NCBI GenBank assembly: GCA_041690355.1
Contig: JAWLHK010000022.1
Span: 1-64,000 of the forward strand
Origin: a bacterium
GTDB taxonomy: Bacteria > J088 > JAWLBW01
Reading direction: 5' to 3'
Length of the DNA: 64,000 nucleotides
Shown: piece by piece, positions 51,624 through 61,841 of the stretch
Layout: each line of letters opens with the position of its first letter
Numbering within the stretch: position 1 is the stretch's first letter
Made by a program: the position numbers and the translations under genes
Notes under the pieces: generated by a model
What the model was told of the DNA's origin: nothing
Databases searched by the model: none
The model's input: only the letters and a program-made list of their open reading frames with translations

Positions 51624-53015
51624 TCAGGATTTCTTCTGCCGGTTGCGATAGTCCGGGATGTCCTTCTGCGGAACCCGGGAGACCGCGAGGGCGTCGGGGG
51701 GAACGTCGCGGGTGACCGTCGTGCCGGCGCCCACGACCGCATTGCGCCCGACGCGCACGGGGGCCACGAGCTGCGTGTCGCTGCCGATGAAGGCGCCGTC
51801 TTCGATGACTGTCCGGTGCTTGTGCACACCGTCGTAATTGCAGGTGATCGTGCCGGCGCCGACGTTCACCTTTTCGCCGATTTCGGCATCCCCCAGGTAC
51901 GTGAGGTGATTGGCCTTCGAGCCGCGGCCGATGCGGGTCTTCTTCGTTTCGACGAAGTTGCCCACGTGCACGTCGTCGGCCAGCTCGCTGGCGGGGCGCA
52001 GGTGCGCGAGGGGACCGATGCTGCAGCCGTTGCCCACGGCCGACTGTTCGAGAACGGAGTGCGCTTTCACGTGCACGTCGTCGGCCAGCGTGCAGTCTTC
52101 GATGCGCACGCCCATTTCAATGCGGCAGCGCGCGCCGATGCGGGTCGCGCCGGCCAGGTGCGTCATCGGTTCGAGCACGGTGTCGCGGCCGAGGGCCACG
52201 TCGGCTTCCACATAGGTCCGCTGCGGATCGAGCACGGTCACGCCGGCGCGCATGTGCGCCGCGAGAATGCGCTGCTGGAGAATCGCGGCGGCTTCGGCCA
52301 GCTGCAGGCGATCGTTGATGCCGAGAAAGTCGCGGTAGTCGGGGGCCCGGTAGGCGGCGGCCTTCTTCCCCTGTTCCCGCGCGAGCCGCAGGATATCCGT
52401 CAGATAGTATTCCCCCTGCGCGTTATCGGGACGCACGGCGTCGAGCAGGGCGAAGAGGACGCCGATGTCACAGGCGTACAGGCCGGTATTGCACAGGGTG
52501 ACCTTACGTTCCTCTTCCGTCGCATCCTTGTGTTCGACGATGCGATCGACGGCGCCGTCGGCCTGCAGCAGAATACGGCCGTAGCCGGTGGGGTCCGGAT
52601 AGTCGGCGGCGAGCACCGTCACGGCCGCCCCGGACGCCGCATGGGTTGCCAGAAAGGCGCGCAGGGTGTCGTCGGTGAGCAGCGGCGTGTCGCCGGTGAG
52701 GATGAGCACGGTTCCGCCGGATGGCAGGGCCTCGCGCGCCGAGAGCACGGCGTGCCCGGTACCCCGCTGCTCGGCCTGGAGCGCGAAGCGTACCTCGGCG
52801 CGGCCCGCAAAGGCTTCGCGCACCCGGTCGGCGCCATGACCGATGACGACCACGGTGGAGGCGGCCCCGAGGCGCTGCACGAGATCGACCGGGTAGCGCA
52901 GCATCGGGCGGCCGAGCACCGGGTGCAGGACCTTGGGCAGGTCCGATTTCATACGGGTGCCCTGGCCGGCCGCCAGGATCAGGGCATGAAAGGGGACGGG
53001 AGAAGGCGAAGACAT
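51624..53015 (-). CDS. glmU: Bifunctional GlmU
   Basis: LAAGQGTRMKS, GTGHA, EYYLTD, GNFVETKK, HLTYLGD, NYDG. Confidence 0.97.
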   Translation of the reverse strand: MSSPSPVPFHALILAAGQGTRMKSDLPKVLHPVLGRPMLRYPVDLVQRLGAASTVVVIGHGADRVREAFAGRAEVRFALQAEQRGTGHAVLSAREALPSGGTVLILTGDTPLLTDDTLRAFLATHAASGAAVTVLAADYPDPTGYGRILLQADGAVDRIVEHKDATEEERKVTLCNTGLYACDIGVLFALLDAVRPDNAQGEYYLTDILRLAREQGKKAAAYRAPDYRDFLGINDRLQLAEAAAILQQRILAAHMRAGVTVLDPQRTYVEADVALGRDTVLEPMTHLAGATRIGARCRIEMGVRIEDCTLADDVHVKAHSVLEQSAVGNGCSIGPLAHLRPASELADDVHVGNFVETKKTRIGRGSKANHLTYLGDAEIGEKVNVGAGTITCNYDGVHKHRTVIEDGAFIGSDTQLVAPVRVGRNAVVGAGTTVTRDVPPDALAVSRVPQKDIPDYRNRQKKS

Positions 53016-53307
53016 GGGGTAAACGGTATCAGATGCGGCAGAACGACGGAAATCCGGAGGGGCCGCCGGCCGGTGCGGTGAAACGGGCCGATTCGGTTCT
53101 CCCGGCGAGCCATTCCTTGTAGCATATCGATGACGCCCTGCGCAAATTTTGCGAGCGCGCCGTGCCGAGGGGCGGGCAGGCTGCCGGGCGCGCTATGACG
53201 CGCCGCCTTGACGCGATGCGTTAAATCGGCTAGACTTCAGGTATCCACCCCGCCGTTTACGCGCCCGAATCGCGCACACCTGTTCGCAAGGGGGCAGGAG
53301 GGTTACC

Positions 53308-53496
53308 ATGACGCTAGGCATACTTCTTGCTGTTTTTGTCCTCGGGGCCCTTACGGCCCAGCACCTGCTGCTCGGCGGGTCCGACGCCTGCGAACACGAG
53401 TTCGTCATGACCGAGCGGGCCGCTTACTCCGAGTTCAGCCAGGTGAAATATGTATGCGAGAAATGCGGAACGCGCCTGCACGGACAGGCTCCGTGA
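53308..53496 (+). CDS. Small membrane-anchored protein with C-x-H...C-x2-C
   Basis: SD AGGAGG; TM helix; CEH...CEKC. Confidence 0.6.
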   Translation: MTLGILLAVFVLGALTAQHLLLGGSDACEHEFVMTERAAYSEFSQVKYVCEKCGTRLHGQAP

Positions 53497-53510
53497 CGCC
53501 GGGGGGATGT

Positions 53511-53789
53511 ATGAACGAACCGATGCGTGAGTCGATGACGATGGACAAGCCGAGACAGGTGTTCATCGAGCGCCGCGAAGGGGCCCTGGAGGGTGTTCTC
53601 CATGTGGTCGAAGCCTGCCCCGACCTGATGATCCTGGGCGACGGCGCCGTCGAGGCGCAGACCGTCGACGATGTGTCGCTCGGCCTGCTGCGCGCCAGGC
53701 ACCCCGTCTGTCAGACCTGCCAGGACCTGGAGGTGGCCGCCAGCGCCGATCGCGTTCGCTACCTTCTGGCCAGCCTCACGCGCCGCTGA
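53511..53789 (+). CDS. Small hypothetical protein (H...CP...CxxC)
   Basis: Follows previous ORF; CQTC. Confidence 0.55.
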   Translation: MNEPMRESMTMDKPRQVFIERREGALEGVLHVVEACPDLMILGDGAVEAQTVDDVSLGLLRARHPVCQTCQDLEVAASADRVRYLLASLTRR

Positions 53790-53927
53790 GCGCAGCCGCG
53801 GCTCAGCGGCCGCCCACCTGCCGGGCGACGCCGGACTGCCGTTTTTTGTCAGCCGCAGCCTGACAAAAATTGCGAGGCATTCCTCTGTGATCCCCGTCAC
53901 ACCCGCACGCCGCGCGGGCTTCCGGGC

Positions 53928-55406
<1,479 letters not shown>

Positions 55407-55441
55407 GCAGAACTCCGGTGCGGATGCGGAAAAAGGCAAAG

Positions 55442-55473
55442 AAAAAGGGCGGCGGAGTGACCCTCCGCCGCCC
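55442..55473 (-). terminator. Rho-independent terminator after cold-shock gene
   Basis: GGGCGGCGGAG/CTCCGCCGCCC stem plus U-tract on minus. Confidence 0.8.
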
Positions 55474-55492
55474 CCCAAGTGCAGGAGAAGAA

Positions 55493-55696
55493 TCAGTTGA
55501 TGCGGCTTACCCGCTGTGCCTGAAGCCCCTTGGGCCCCTGGATGATTTCGAATTCGACGGGTTCACCCTGCGTCAGGGTGCGAAAACCGTTTCCATCGAT
55601 GGCGGAGTAGTGGACGAAGACGTCCTGGCCGTCGTCCTGCTCGATGAAACCGTAACCCTTCTCTTTGTTAAACCATTTGACTTTGCCGTTCGCCAT
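55493..55696 (-). CDS. Cold-shock protein (CspA family)
   Basis: [22 protein letters not shown]. Confidence 0.96.
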   Translation of the reverse strand: MANGKVKWFNKEKGYGFIEQDDGQDVFVHYSAIDGNGFRTLTQGEPVEFEIIQGPKGLQAQRVSRIN

Positions 55697-55881
55697 ACGA
55701 AACACAGTCTCCGTTCCAGAAGAAAAACGTGGGTCGCGGGAGCGCTCCGGGGTATAGAGCCCTCTGGGCCAGCACGGCAACACCATATCACTCCGCCGCA
55801 AGCCCGGGCAAGAGGATTCGTTGACGCAGCGCGCCGGAGCCGGCGCCCGCCCGGGGGGCCACCGTGCGCTGCAAAGGGAAC

Positions 55882-55914
55882 AAAAAAAGCCGCCCCCGGG
55901 GAGGGGGCGGCTTT
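55882..55914 (-). terminator. Rho-independent terminator after atpE
   Basis: AAAGCCGCCCCC/GGGGGCGGCTTT stem plus U7 on minus. Confidence 0.85.
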
Positions 55915-55936
55915 CACCGGAAAACCGGAACCGGCC

Positions 55937-56257
55937 TTAGAACTTGCCGGTCAGAATGATCGCCACGACGAGCGCGTAGATGACCAGCGACTCGATCAGG
56001 GCGAGACCGATGATCATCGGCGTCGTGATCTTGCCGGCGGCGCCCGGGTTGCGGCCGATGCTGTCGAGGGCGGCCGTCACGGCGCGGCCCTGGCCCAGCG
56101 CGCCGCCGATGGCGGCCAGGCCGATGGCCAGCGCGGCGGCGATGGCGATCCAGCTGGCGTCGGTGGTGCCGGTGGCGGCGACGCCGTCCTGCGCGAACGC
56201 AGCCGAGGCCGTCAGAACGAGCGCCACGGTCGTGGCGATGGTGGTGAGTTTCTTCAT
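55937..56257 (-). CDS. atpE: ATP synthase F0 subunit c
   Basis: G.A.IGGALGQG, RNP loop, IESLVIY. Confidence 0.95.
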   Translation of the reverse strand: MKKLTTIATTVALVLTASAAFAQDGVAATGTTDASWIAIAAALAIGLAAIGGALGQGRAVTAALDSIGRNPGAAGKITTPMIIGLALIESLVIYALVVAIILTGKF

Positions 56258-56336
56258 GGGACTACTCCTTCGTATGGGGTCGGGGAACAATTCCCCGAGA
56301 CAGAACTTGCGGCAATCGTCTATCGGCGGCGACGGC

Positions 56337-57056
56337 TCAGTGGTCGTGCGCCATGGCGCCCGAGATGTACACCATCGAGAGCAGCGAAAAGACGAAGGCC
56401 TGAATGAAGCTGATGAAAATCCCGAGGCCCAGGAAGATGACCGGAATGCCGACTTCCGGAAGGTTCAGGCCCAGGGTGTGCCAGATGTTCGAGAAGATCC
56501 CGAGCACGATGTGGTCGCCGTTGATGTTGCCGTAGAGACGGATGGTCAGCGACAGGGGGCGCACGGCATGCGAGATCATTTCAATCGCGAACATGAGCGG
56601 GGCCAGCCAGATGATGGGGCCCATGAAGTGCTTGGCGTAGCCGGCGCCGTGCTCCTTGATACCGTAATAGTGGGTCAGGAGAAAGATGATGACGGCGACG
56701 GCGATGTTCGTGTTCACGTTCTGCGTCGGCGGCAGAAAGCCGGGGATGACGCCGATCAGGTTCGACACGAAGATGAAGATGAAGACCGTGCCGATGACCG
56801 GCGTGAACTTGCGCGCGAGGTGATGGCCCATGGCGTCGGAGACCATGTTGTACAGGGCCTCGGCCGAGAGCTCCATCAGGTTGCGCAGCGTGAGCTTGCC
56901 GTCGGGCAGCACGTCGTCCTTGGCCTTCTTGACCGCGCGCCCGGCCATGACCGAGGCGACGATGAGCAGCAGGGCGACGAAGATCGCGGTCGCGATGTGA
57001 TCGAGCCGCGGATCGATGTGCAGCAGTCCGCCGAACCAGGTGGTAGGGTGTTCCAT
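56337..57056 (-). CDS. atpB: ATP synthase F0 subunit a
   Basis: N..G.IPG, PT, RPLSL.IRLYGNI, IQAFVF. Confidence 0.95.
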   Translation of the reverse strand: MEHPTTWFGGLLHIDPRLDHIATAIFVALLLIVASVMAGRAVKKAKDDVLPDGKLTLRNLMELSAEALYNMVSDAMGHHLARKFTPVIGTVFIFIFVSNLIGVIPGFLPPTQNVNTNIAVAVIIFLLTHYYGIKEHGAGYAKHFMGPIIWLAPLMFAIEMISHAVRPLSLTIRLYGNINGDHIVLGIFSNIWHTLGLNLPEVGIPVIFLGLGIFISFIQAFVFSLLSMVYISGAMAHDH

Positions 57057-57068
57057 GTGCGCTAACTC

Positions 57069-57455
57069 CTACGCGTCGGGCAGTCGTTTGCCCGGAAACA
57101 TCAGTCGAACGAGAGGCTCGCCCAGAATGCCGGCCGGCATGGCCCCGAGGCCTGCCAGCAGCGAAACGGGGGGAACCCCGAAAACGAACACCAGCGTCGC
57201 GAGAACGGCCGCGAGCGCCGCCAGCTTGAACATGTAGAGCGCGACCACCGCGCCCTTGCCCCGCCCTTCACCGAGCATCCGTTCTACGGTGAAGCGCAGC
57301 CAGCGAAAATTCAGATACCCGACCACGCCGCCGGTCAGGGTGCCGATGCCCCACCGCACGCCGAGCAGCCACCCGAGCACCGCGGCCGCGACGGCCGAGA
57401 GCCCGAGAATGCTCCACTGCATGCGATCGAGCTTACCGGTTTCTTCCCTGTCCAC
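57069..57455 (-). CDS. atpI: ATP synthase subunit I
   Basis: 4-TM protein directly upstream of atpB; NF..L, K motifs. Confidence 0.75.
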   Translation of the reverse strand: MDREETGKLDRMQWSILGLSAVAAAVLGWLLGVRWGIGTLTGGVVGYLNFRWLRFTVERMLGEGRGKGAVVALYMFKLAALAAVLATLVFVFGVPPVSLLAGLGAMPAGILGEPLVRLMFPGKRLPDA

Positions 57456-57687
57456 TCAGAATCCGCAGCGAGCGCACGAAGGCGGTGAAGCCTCCGACGC
57501 TGCCCGCGAGGATGAACACCAGCAGCAGCCAGGGTTCGGTCCCGAAAACGTCATCCAGCTTCCAGCCCACCAGCGCGCCGGCCGCGATCATGGCCGTGAG
57601 CTGCATGCCTGCCGCCGCGAGCTCGGTGAGCTGTCTCAACAGCGATTTTTCGTCGCTTGGCGAGGGGTCGGCCGGCACCGGGTTCAC
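57433..57687 (-). CDS. atpZ: AtpZ/AtpI (gene 1) family protein
   Basis: G..LD..FGT.PW.....G...GF. Confidence 0.8.
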   Translation of the reverse strand: MNPVPADPSPSDEKSLLRQLTELAAAGMQLTAMIAAGALVGWKLDDVFGTEPWLLLVFILAGSVGGFTAFVRSLRILSGQGRNR

Positions 57688-57740
57688 CGTGAGGTCACCA
57701 CGTCTGGCAACGCACGCGGAGGACCGGAAAGTAAACAGAT

Positions 57741-57770
57741 TTTATACCACGGCGGGACGCGGCGCGTCAA
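57741..57770 (-). promoter_or_regulatory. Putative promoter of atpZIBE
   Basis: TTGACG-18-TATAAA with extended TG on minus. Confidence 0.55.
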
Positions 57771-57792
57771 AGTGAAAACAGTGCCTTCAGGT

Positions 57793-57867
57793 GGAGGGGG
57801 AGAGTGGGGGAGTGGGAGAGGGGGGGATCCGGCAAGGGCCGCGAACGCACGCAGACCTTGCCGATCC
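57793..57867 (+). repeat. G-rich element copy 3 with GGCAAGG/CCTTGCC hairpin
   Basis: G-tracts then GGATCCGGCAAGG 57825-57837 / CCTTGCCGATCC 57856-57867. Confidence 0.85.
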
Positions 57868-57880
57868 TTTCCCCGTTCCC

Positions 57881-58852
57881 TCAGTTCCGTATCGCCTCCG
57901 AAGCGGCCGCGCGGAGAGGTGCCGGCCAGCCATGCAGCAGCACGTCGCTGCGCGGGGCTCGCCGCAGCGGGTTCAGGTCGTGTCCCGGAACGACGAGCAC
58001 GCCGGGATTCGCTTCCGCAAAGGATACGAGCTGTCCCAGAGAACGCCGGGCCGCCGGGCCGTCCGACGACACGAACGGAAGCCCGATGGAGCGGCTTGCG
58101 AGGTTTCCCTCGGTCCAGGCCGCGTCTCCGCTCAGGAAAACGGGGCCTTCAGGAAGATTGACGAGCACCGAGACGTGCCCCGGCGTATGACCCGGTGTCG
58201 AAACCACGAGTACCGAACCGTCCCCAAGCAGATCGATCGCCGCCGCGAAGGGTCCGAACGCGGGGCGGCCGCTGAAATCGAGCGGTTGCCAGCGGGCGAC
58301 CGCGTCGTATTCGCCGGGAACGTAATTGTAATCCGGCGATTCCAGACCGTGGGCGATCTCGCGATCATCAGCCACAATCCGGGCCGACGGGAACTCTTCG
58401 ACCGCGCCGACGTGCTCGGGGTGAAAGTGGGAGACGATGACTGAACGGACGCCGTCGGGATCCAGACCCTGGCGGCGCATCTGGCTGCGCACGTCCTGTC
58501 CGGGATCCTGCTCCATCGGCATGAGGCCCGCCGCGTGAATCCACCCGAGATGATCGCCGGGATCGCGGGCAATGTCCGGGTGGTGGCCGGCCTCGAACAG
58601 CAGGTCGCCGAATTGAGGGTGACGAATCAGGAATGCCGGCTGGTCCATCGCAATCTCCCCTTCGCCACCGGAAAAAACAGACCACCCGGGAATACGCATG
58701 CGCCCGGTCTCAAAGACCTCCAGGCGCAGATCGGCAACGGGAGCGGTGAGCTGGATGGGGGCAGGGGTTCCTTCATAGGCAATCATGGTGCGGCTGCACC
58801 CCCCGCCAAGGGCGCCGACGAGAAGGGCGAACAGAAAAACGTTGAGCTTCAT
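57881..58852 (-). CDS. Metallo-beta-lactamase-fold hydrolase, AHL-lactonase-like lipoprotein
   Basis: Lipobox GGGC; SHFHPEH, TPGHTPGH, SGDA, PGHD. Confidence 0.85.
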   Translation of the reverse strand: MKLNVFLFALLVGALGGGCSRTMIAYEGTPAPIQLTAPVADLRLEVFETGRMRIPGWSVFSGGEGEIAMDQPAFLIRHPQFGDLLFEAGHHPDIARDPGDHLGWIHAAGLMPMEQDPGQDVRSQMRRQGLDPDGVRSVIVSHFHPEHVGAVEEFPSARIVADDREIAHGLESPDYNYVPGEYDAVARWQPLDFSGRPAFGPFAAAIDLLGDGSVLVVSTPGHTPGHVSVLVNLPEGPVFLSGDAAWTEGNLASRSIGLPFVSSDGPAARRSLGQLVSFAEANPGVLVVPGHDLNPLRRAPRSDVLLHGWPAPLRAAASEAIRN

Positions 58853-58871
58853 GCGTGTCTCCTTGTGAAGA

Positions 58872-58912
58872 ATCTTGATATCAAGATAAAATGAAAATAG
58901 CTTGATGTCAAG
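58872..58912. promoter_or_regulatory. Two MarR operators overlapping divergent promoter
   Basis: Perfect ATCTTGATATCAAGAT 58872-58887; CTTGATGTCAAG 58901-58912; minus TTGACA-17-TATCTT. Confidence 0.8.
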
Positions 58913-58940
58913 AATCTTTTCTTCGTGGTATTATCACGGT

Positions 58941-59432
58941 ATGGAAGACATCGACGTGATCCTGGCCGAGTGGCGCCGTGAGCGGCCCGATCTGCCGCTG
59001 GGGGGAATGGAGCTTTTCGGCCTGCTCGGGCGTATCGCCGCCCTTGGGGGCAAAGCGATCGGCGGCGTTTTCGAACACCACGGCCTGAAGACCGGCGAAT
59101 TCGACGTTCTCGCCGCTCTCCGCCGCTCAGGAAAGCCCTACAAGCTGACGCCGACCCGGCTTTTCCAGGGCCTCATGCTTTCGTCGGGGGCCATGACGAA
59201 CCGGCTCGACCGTCTCGAACAGGCGGGACTCATCCGGCGCGAACCCGACCCCTCGGACCGAAGGGGAACATTGATAGTTCTGACTCCGCAGGGACTGACA
59301 TTGGTCGAAAAAGCCGTCCGCGATCACACCGCGAACGAGGAGCGCCTGATCGCATCGCTCTCCGACACGGAGCGACGAAAGCTCTCGGGCCTGCTTCGCA
59401 AGCTTCTCGCGGCGCTCGAAGCGCAGGCCTGA
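58941..59432 (+). CDS. MarR regulator, PecS/HucR/TamR (urate-responsive) subfamily
   Basis: D.I..EW.RERPDL, EFDVL.ALRR.G, SSGAMTNRLDRLE, DRR. Confidence 0.88.
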   Translation: MEDIDVILAEWRRERPDLPLGGMELFGLLGRIAALGGKAIGGVFEHHGLKTGEFDVLAALRRSGKPYKLTPTRLFQGLMLSSGAMTNRLDRLEQAGLIRREPDPSDRRGTLIVLTPQGLTLVEKAVRDHTANEERLIASLSDTERRKLSGLLRKLLAALEAQA

Positions 59433-59451
59433 GCGCCTTCGGGAAATCCGT

Positions 59452-59925
59452 TTAGAGCGGATAGAACCCGCCGAGAATCGCCCCGTAGACCAGATGCGCC
59501 ACGTAGGCCGCCAGAGGGGTCTGAAAGCCGTAGTGCAGCCCGAGAAATCCCGGCGGCTCGAGCTGCCGCATTTCGGTGGGACCCGCATAGGCCCCGGCCA
59601 TGCGCGGATGAATGGAGGGGAGGATGGGAAGGCCGGCGACGAGCACGAAGGATGCGTGGACGAAGCCGGTCGCCATCCCGAGCAGCGGCGTTGCCGCTCC
59701 CCACGCGTGGAAAGCGGCGACGTAGAGCAGCGAGAAGAACCAGCCGTTCGCCAGGTGCGCGAAAAAGCCCAGGACGAGCGCGCGGTCGCGGTCGGCCGTC
59801 AGCATCGTGCCGAGCAGGTAGGGAATATTCATCCGCGTGAGGCGCAGCGACTGCGCGCCGGCGAGCAGCGTCGTGAGCACGAGGGTGCCGACGAATCCCC
59901 AGAGCAGCCAGGCGCCGACATTCAT
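59452..59925 (-). CDS. Hypothetical membrane protein
   Basis: 4 TM helices, TRM.IP.LLG, HPRM, H..YG; overlaps GH15 stop. Confidence 0.75.
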   Translation of the reverse strand: MNVGAWLLWGFVGTLVLTTLLAGAQSLRLTRMNIPYLLGTMLTADRDRALVLGFFAHLANGWFFSLLYVAAFHAWGAATPLLGMATGFVHASFVLVAGLPILPSIHPRMAGAYAGPTEMRQLEPPGFLGLHYGFQTPLAAYVAHLVYGAILGGFYPL

Positions 59926-61718
59926 GCCCGGTGCCGCCTTCGGGGGCGCCGCTCGCGTGCCCGACCGATTGCCAGCGCTGCGTTGATGAGGCCGATGTGC
60001 GAAAACGCCTGCGGAAAGTTCCCCCATGCGGCGCCCGTGCGCGGATCGGCCTCCTCGGCGAGCAGCCCCACATCGTTCCGCAAGGCGAGCAGGCCCTCCA
60101 TCCAGTCCGTAGCTTCCCGCTCGCGGCCCTGCATGGCAAGCACCTCCACCGCCCAGAAACTGCAGAAGAGGAATGCGCCTTCGATACCGCGAAAACGCTC
60201 TGCCCGGTAGAGGAGGGCAGGTCCCGCGTGAAGGCGCTCGCGGATGGCCGCGAAGGTGCGCGACAACAGGGGATCGTCGGGCTCGAGAACGCCGAGCGGC
60301 GCGGCCAGCAGGACCCCCGCATCGAGTTCCGCGTTGCCGTCCGCGGCCGTCAGAATGCCGCCGGCGTGTTCGGCTGCGGCTCGGATCCAGGCCGCGATTT
60401 CGCCGCGCACCCGGTGAAAATCGGCCCCGCCCGGAGGGAGAAGCCCGCGGTCGCGCAGGCGCGCCGCCCGGTCGGCGGCGACCCAGCACAGTAGTTTCGA
60501 GTGCACGTGCTGCCGCAGTTCGTTCCGGTATTCCCAGATTCCGGCGTCGGCCTCACGCCAGTGCCGGCAGGCGTAGGAAGCCAGCTCGAGAACGAGCCGG
60601 GCCGTCGCGCGATCGGCGCCCCCCTTATCCATCATCTGTTGGAATGCGGAGTCGATGACCTCTCCGTAGACATCGAGCTGGTGCTGATCTTCGGCTGCGT
60701 TGCCGATGCGCACCGGGCGGCTGTCTCCGTAGCCGTGCAGCCACCGGACCTCCTGCTCCCCGGGCGGACGTCGGCCGAAGACGTCATACAGCACGCGCAG
60801 CCGAGGGCGGCTCAAGGCTGTCGCGTGCAGGAGCCAGCTCACGAACGCCTGGGCCTCACGTGCGAATCCGAGGTCGCGCAGCGCGCGTGTCGTCTGCGAG
60901 GCGTCCCGCAACCAGCAGTACCGGTAATCCCAGTTCAGCGCGCCGCCCGGCTCTTCGGGCAGCGACGTGGTCGGCGCCGCGATCACGGCCCCCGACGGAG
61001 CGAACGAGAGCGCCTTGAGCACCAGCGCACTCCGCTCGATCGCATCACGCCACGGGCCGTCGTAGGTGCACCCGGCCATCCACTGCTTCCACCCGGCGAG
61101 CGTGCTCTCCAGCATCCGCCACAGATGCTGTTCCGTGAAAAGAATGGCGGGCGCGTCGCGATTGGCCGCCAGGATCAGCCCGGCGGTCTCTCCGGCCCGC
61201 AAGCGGAATTCCGCCTGAAGCGTCTCGCCGAGCACGTCCGGGGCCGCACCGAAGGCCTGCAGCGAGACCTGCATGTTGCCGTGACCGCTGCGGTGGCAGT
61301 ACCGGTAGCTTTTCCACCGCAGCGCCGATTTTCCGTACGACGGCCGCAGAAGAAGGGTGGAACGCATGCGGACGTTACCGCTTTCACAGCGCAGAAGGCG
61401 GATCACCGCGTGTTCCGGAGTCAGGCCCCCGTAGCGGCCGACCGGCATGAAGTCAAATACGCGCACATGCCCCTCGGAAAGCCGCCAGTCGCTCACGAGA
61501 ACGTTGCTCGCCGGTGCGTAGCCGCGTCCGCACGTGCCGGCTTCCTCCGGCGCAAGGCGCCACGAACCTCCCTTCTCCGGATCCAGTAGCCGCGCAAGCC
61601 AGGCGTCGCCGTCGAAGCGCGGCCAGCAGAGCCAGTCGATCGCACCCTGTCGCGAGACGAGCGCCGCCGTGCGCCCGTCGCCGATCAGGGCGTAGTCATG
61701 AATGGAAGGTGCGCCCAT
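59922..61718 (-). CDS. Glycoside hydrolase family 15 (glucoamylase/trehalase-like)
   Basis: IGD.RTAAL, AAPTTSLPE, NWDYRYCWLRD, GIWE.R, GNFPQAFSH. Confidence 0.93.
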   Translation of the reverse strand: MGAPSIHDYALIGDGRTAALVSRQGAIDWLCWPRFDGDAWLARLLDPEKGGSWRLAPEEAGTCGRGYAPASNVLVSDWRLSEGHVRVFDFMPVGRYGGLTPEHAVIRLLRCESGNVRMRSTLLLRPSYGKSALRWKSYRYCHRSGHGNMQVSLQAFGAAPDVLGETLQAEFRLRAGETAGLILAANRDAPAILFTEQHLWRMLESTLAGWKQWMAGCTYDGPWRDAIERSALVLKALSFAPSGAVIAAPTTSLPEEPGGALNWDYRYCWLRDASQTTRALRDLGFAREAQAFVSWLLHATALSRPRLRVLYDVFGRRPPGEQEVRWLHGYGDSRPVRIGNAAEDQHQLDVYGEVIDSAFQQMMDKGGADRATARLVLELASYACRHWREADAGIWEYRNELRQHVHSKLLCWVAADRAARLRDRGLLPPGGADFHRVRGEIAAWIRAAAEHAGGILTAADGNAELDAGVLLAAPLGVLEPDDPLLSRTFAAIRERLHAGPALLYRAERFRGIEGAFLFCSFWAVEVLAMQGREREATDWMEGLLALRNDVGLLAEEADPRTGAAWGNFPQAFSHIGLINAALAIGRARERRPRRRHRA

Positions 61719-61841
61719 GTTCGCCTGCGATACACGGGCAACATAGCCGTGCAGCGCAGACGACGGTACTCCGGCCGCGCTGCGGGTCGACCTGCGAGAG
61801 GTCGGCCGCCGCCAGGCATCCGGTGGGTGAGGAAAGGAGGA

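Noticed and set aside
57881-58852. True beta-lactamase
   Set aside because: Motif spacing (GHTPGH, GDA, GHD) fits the AHL-lactonase-like MBL group.
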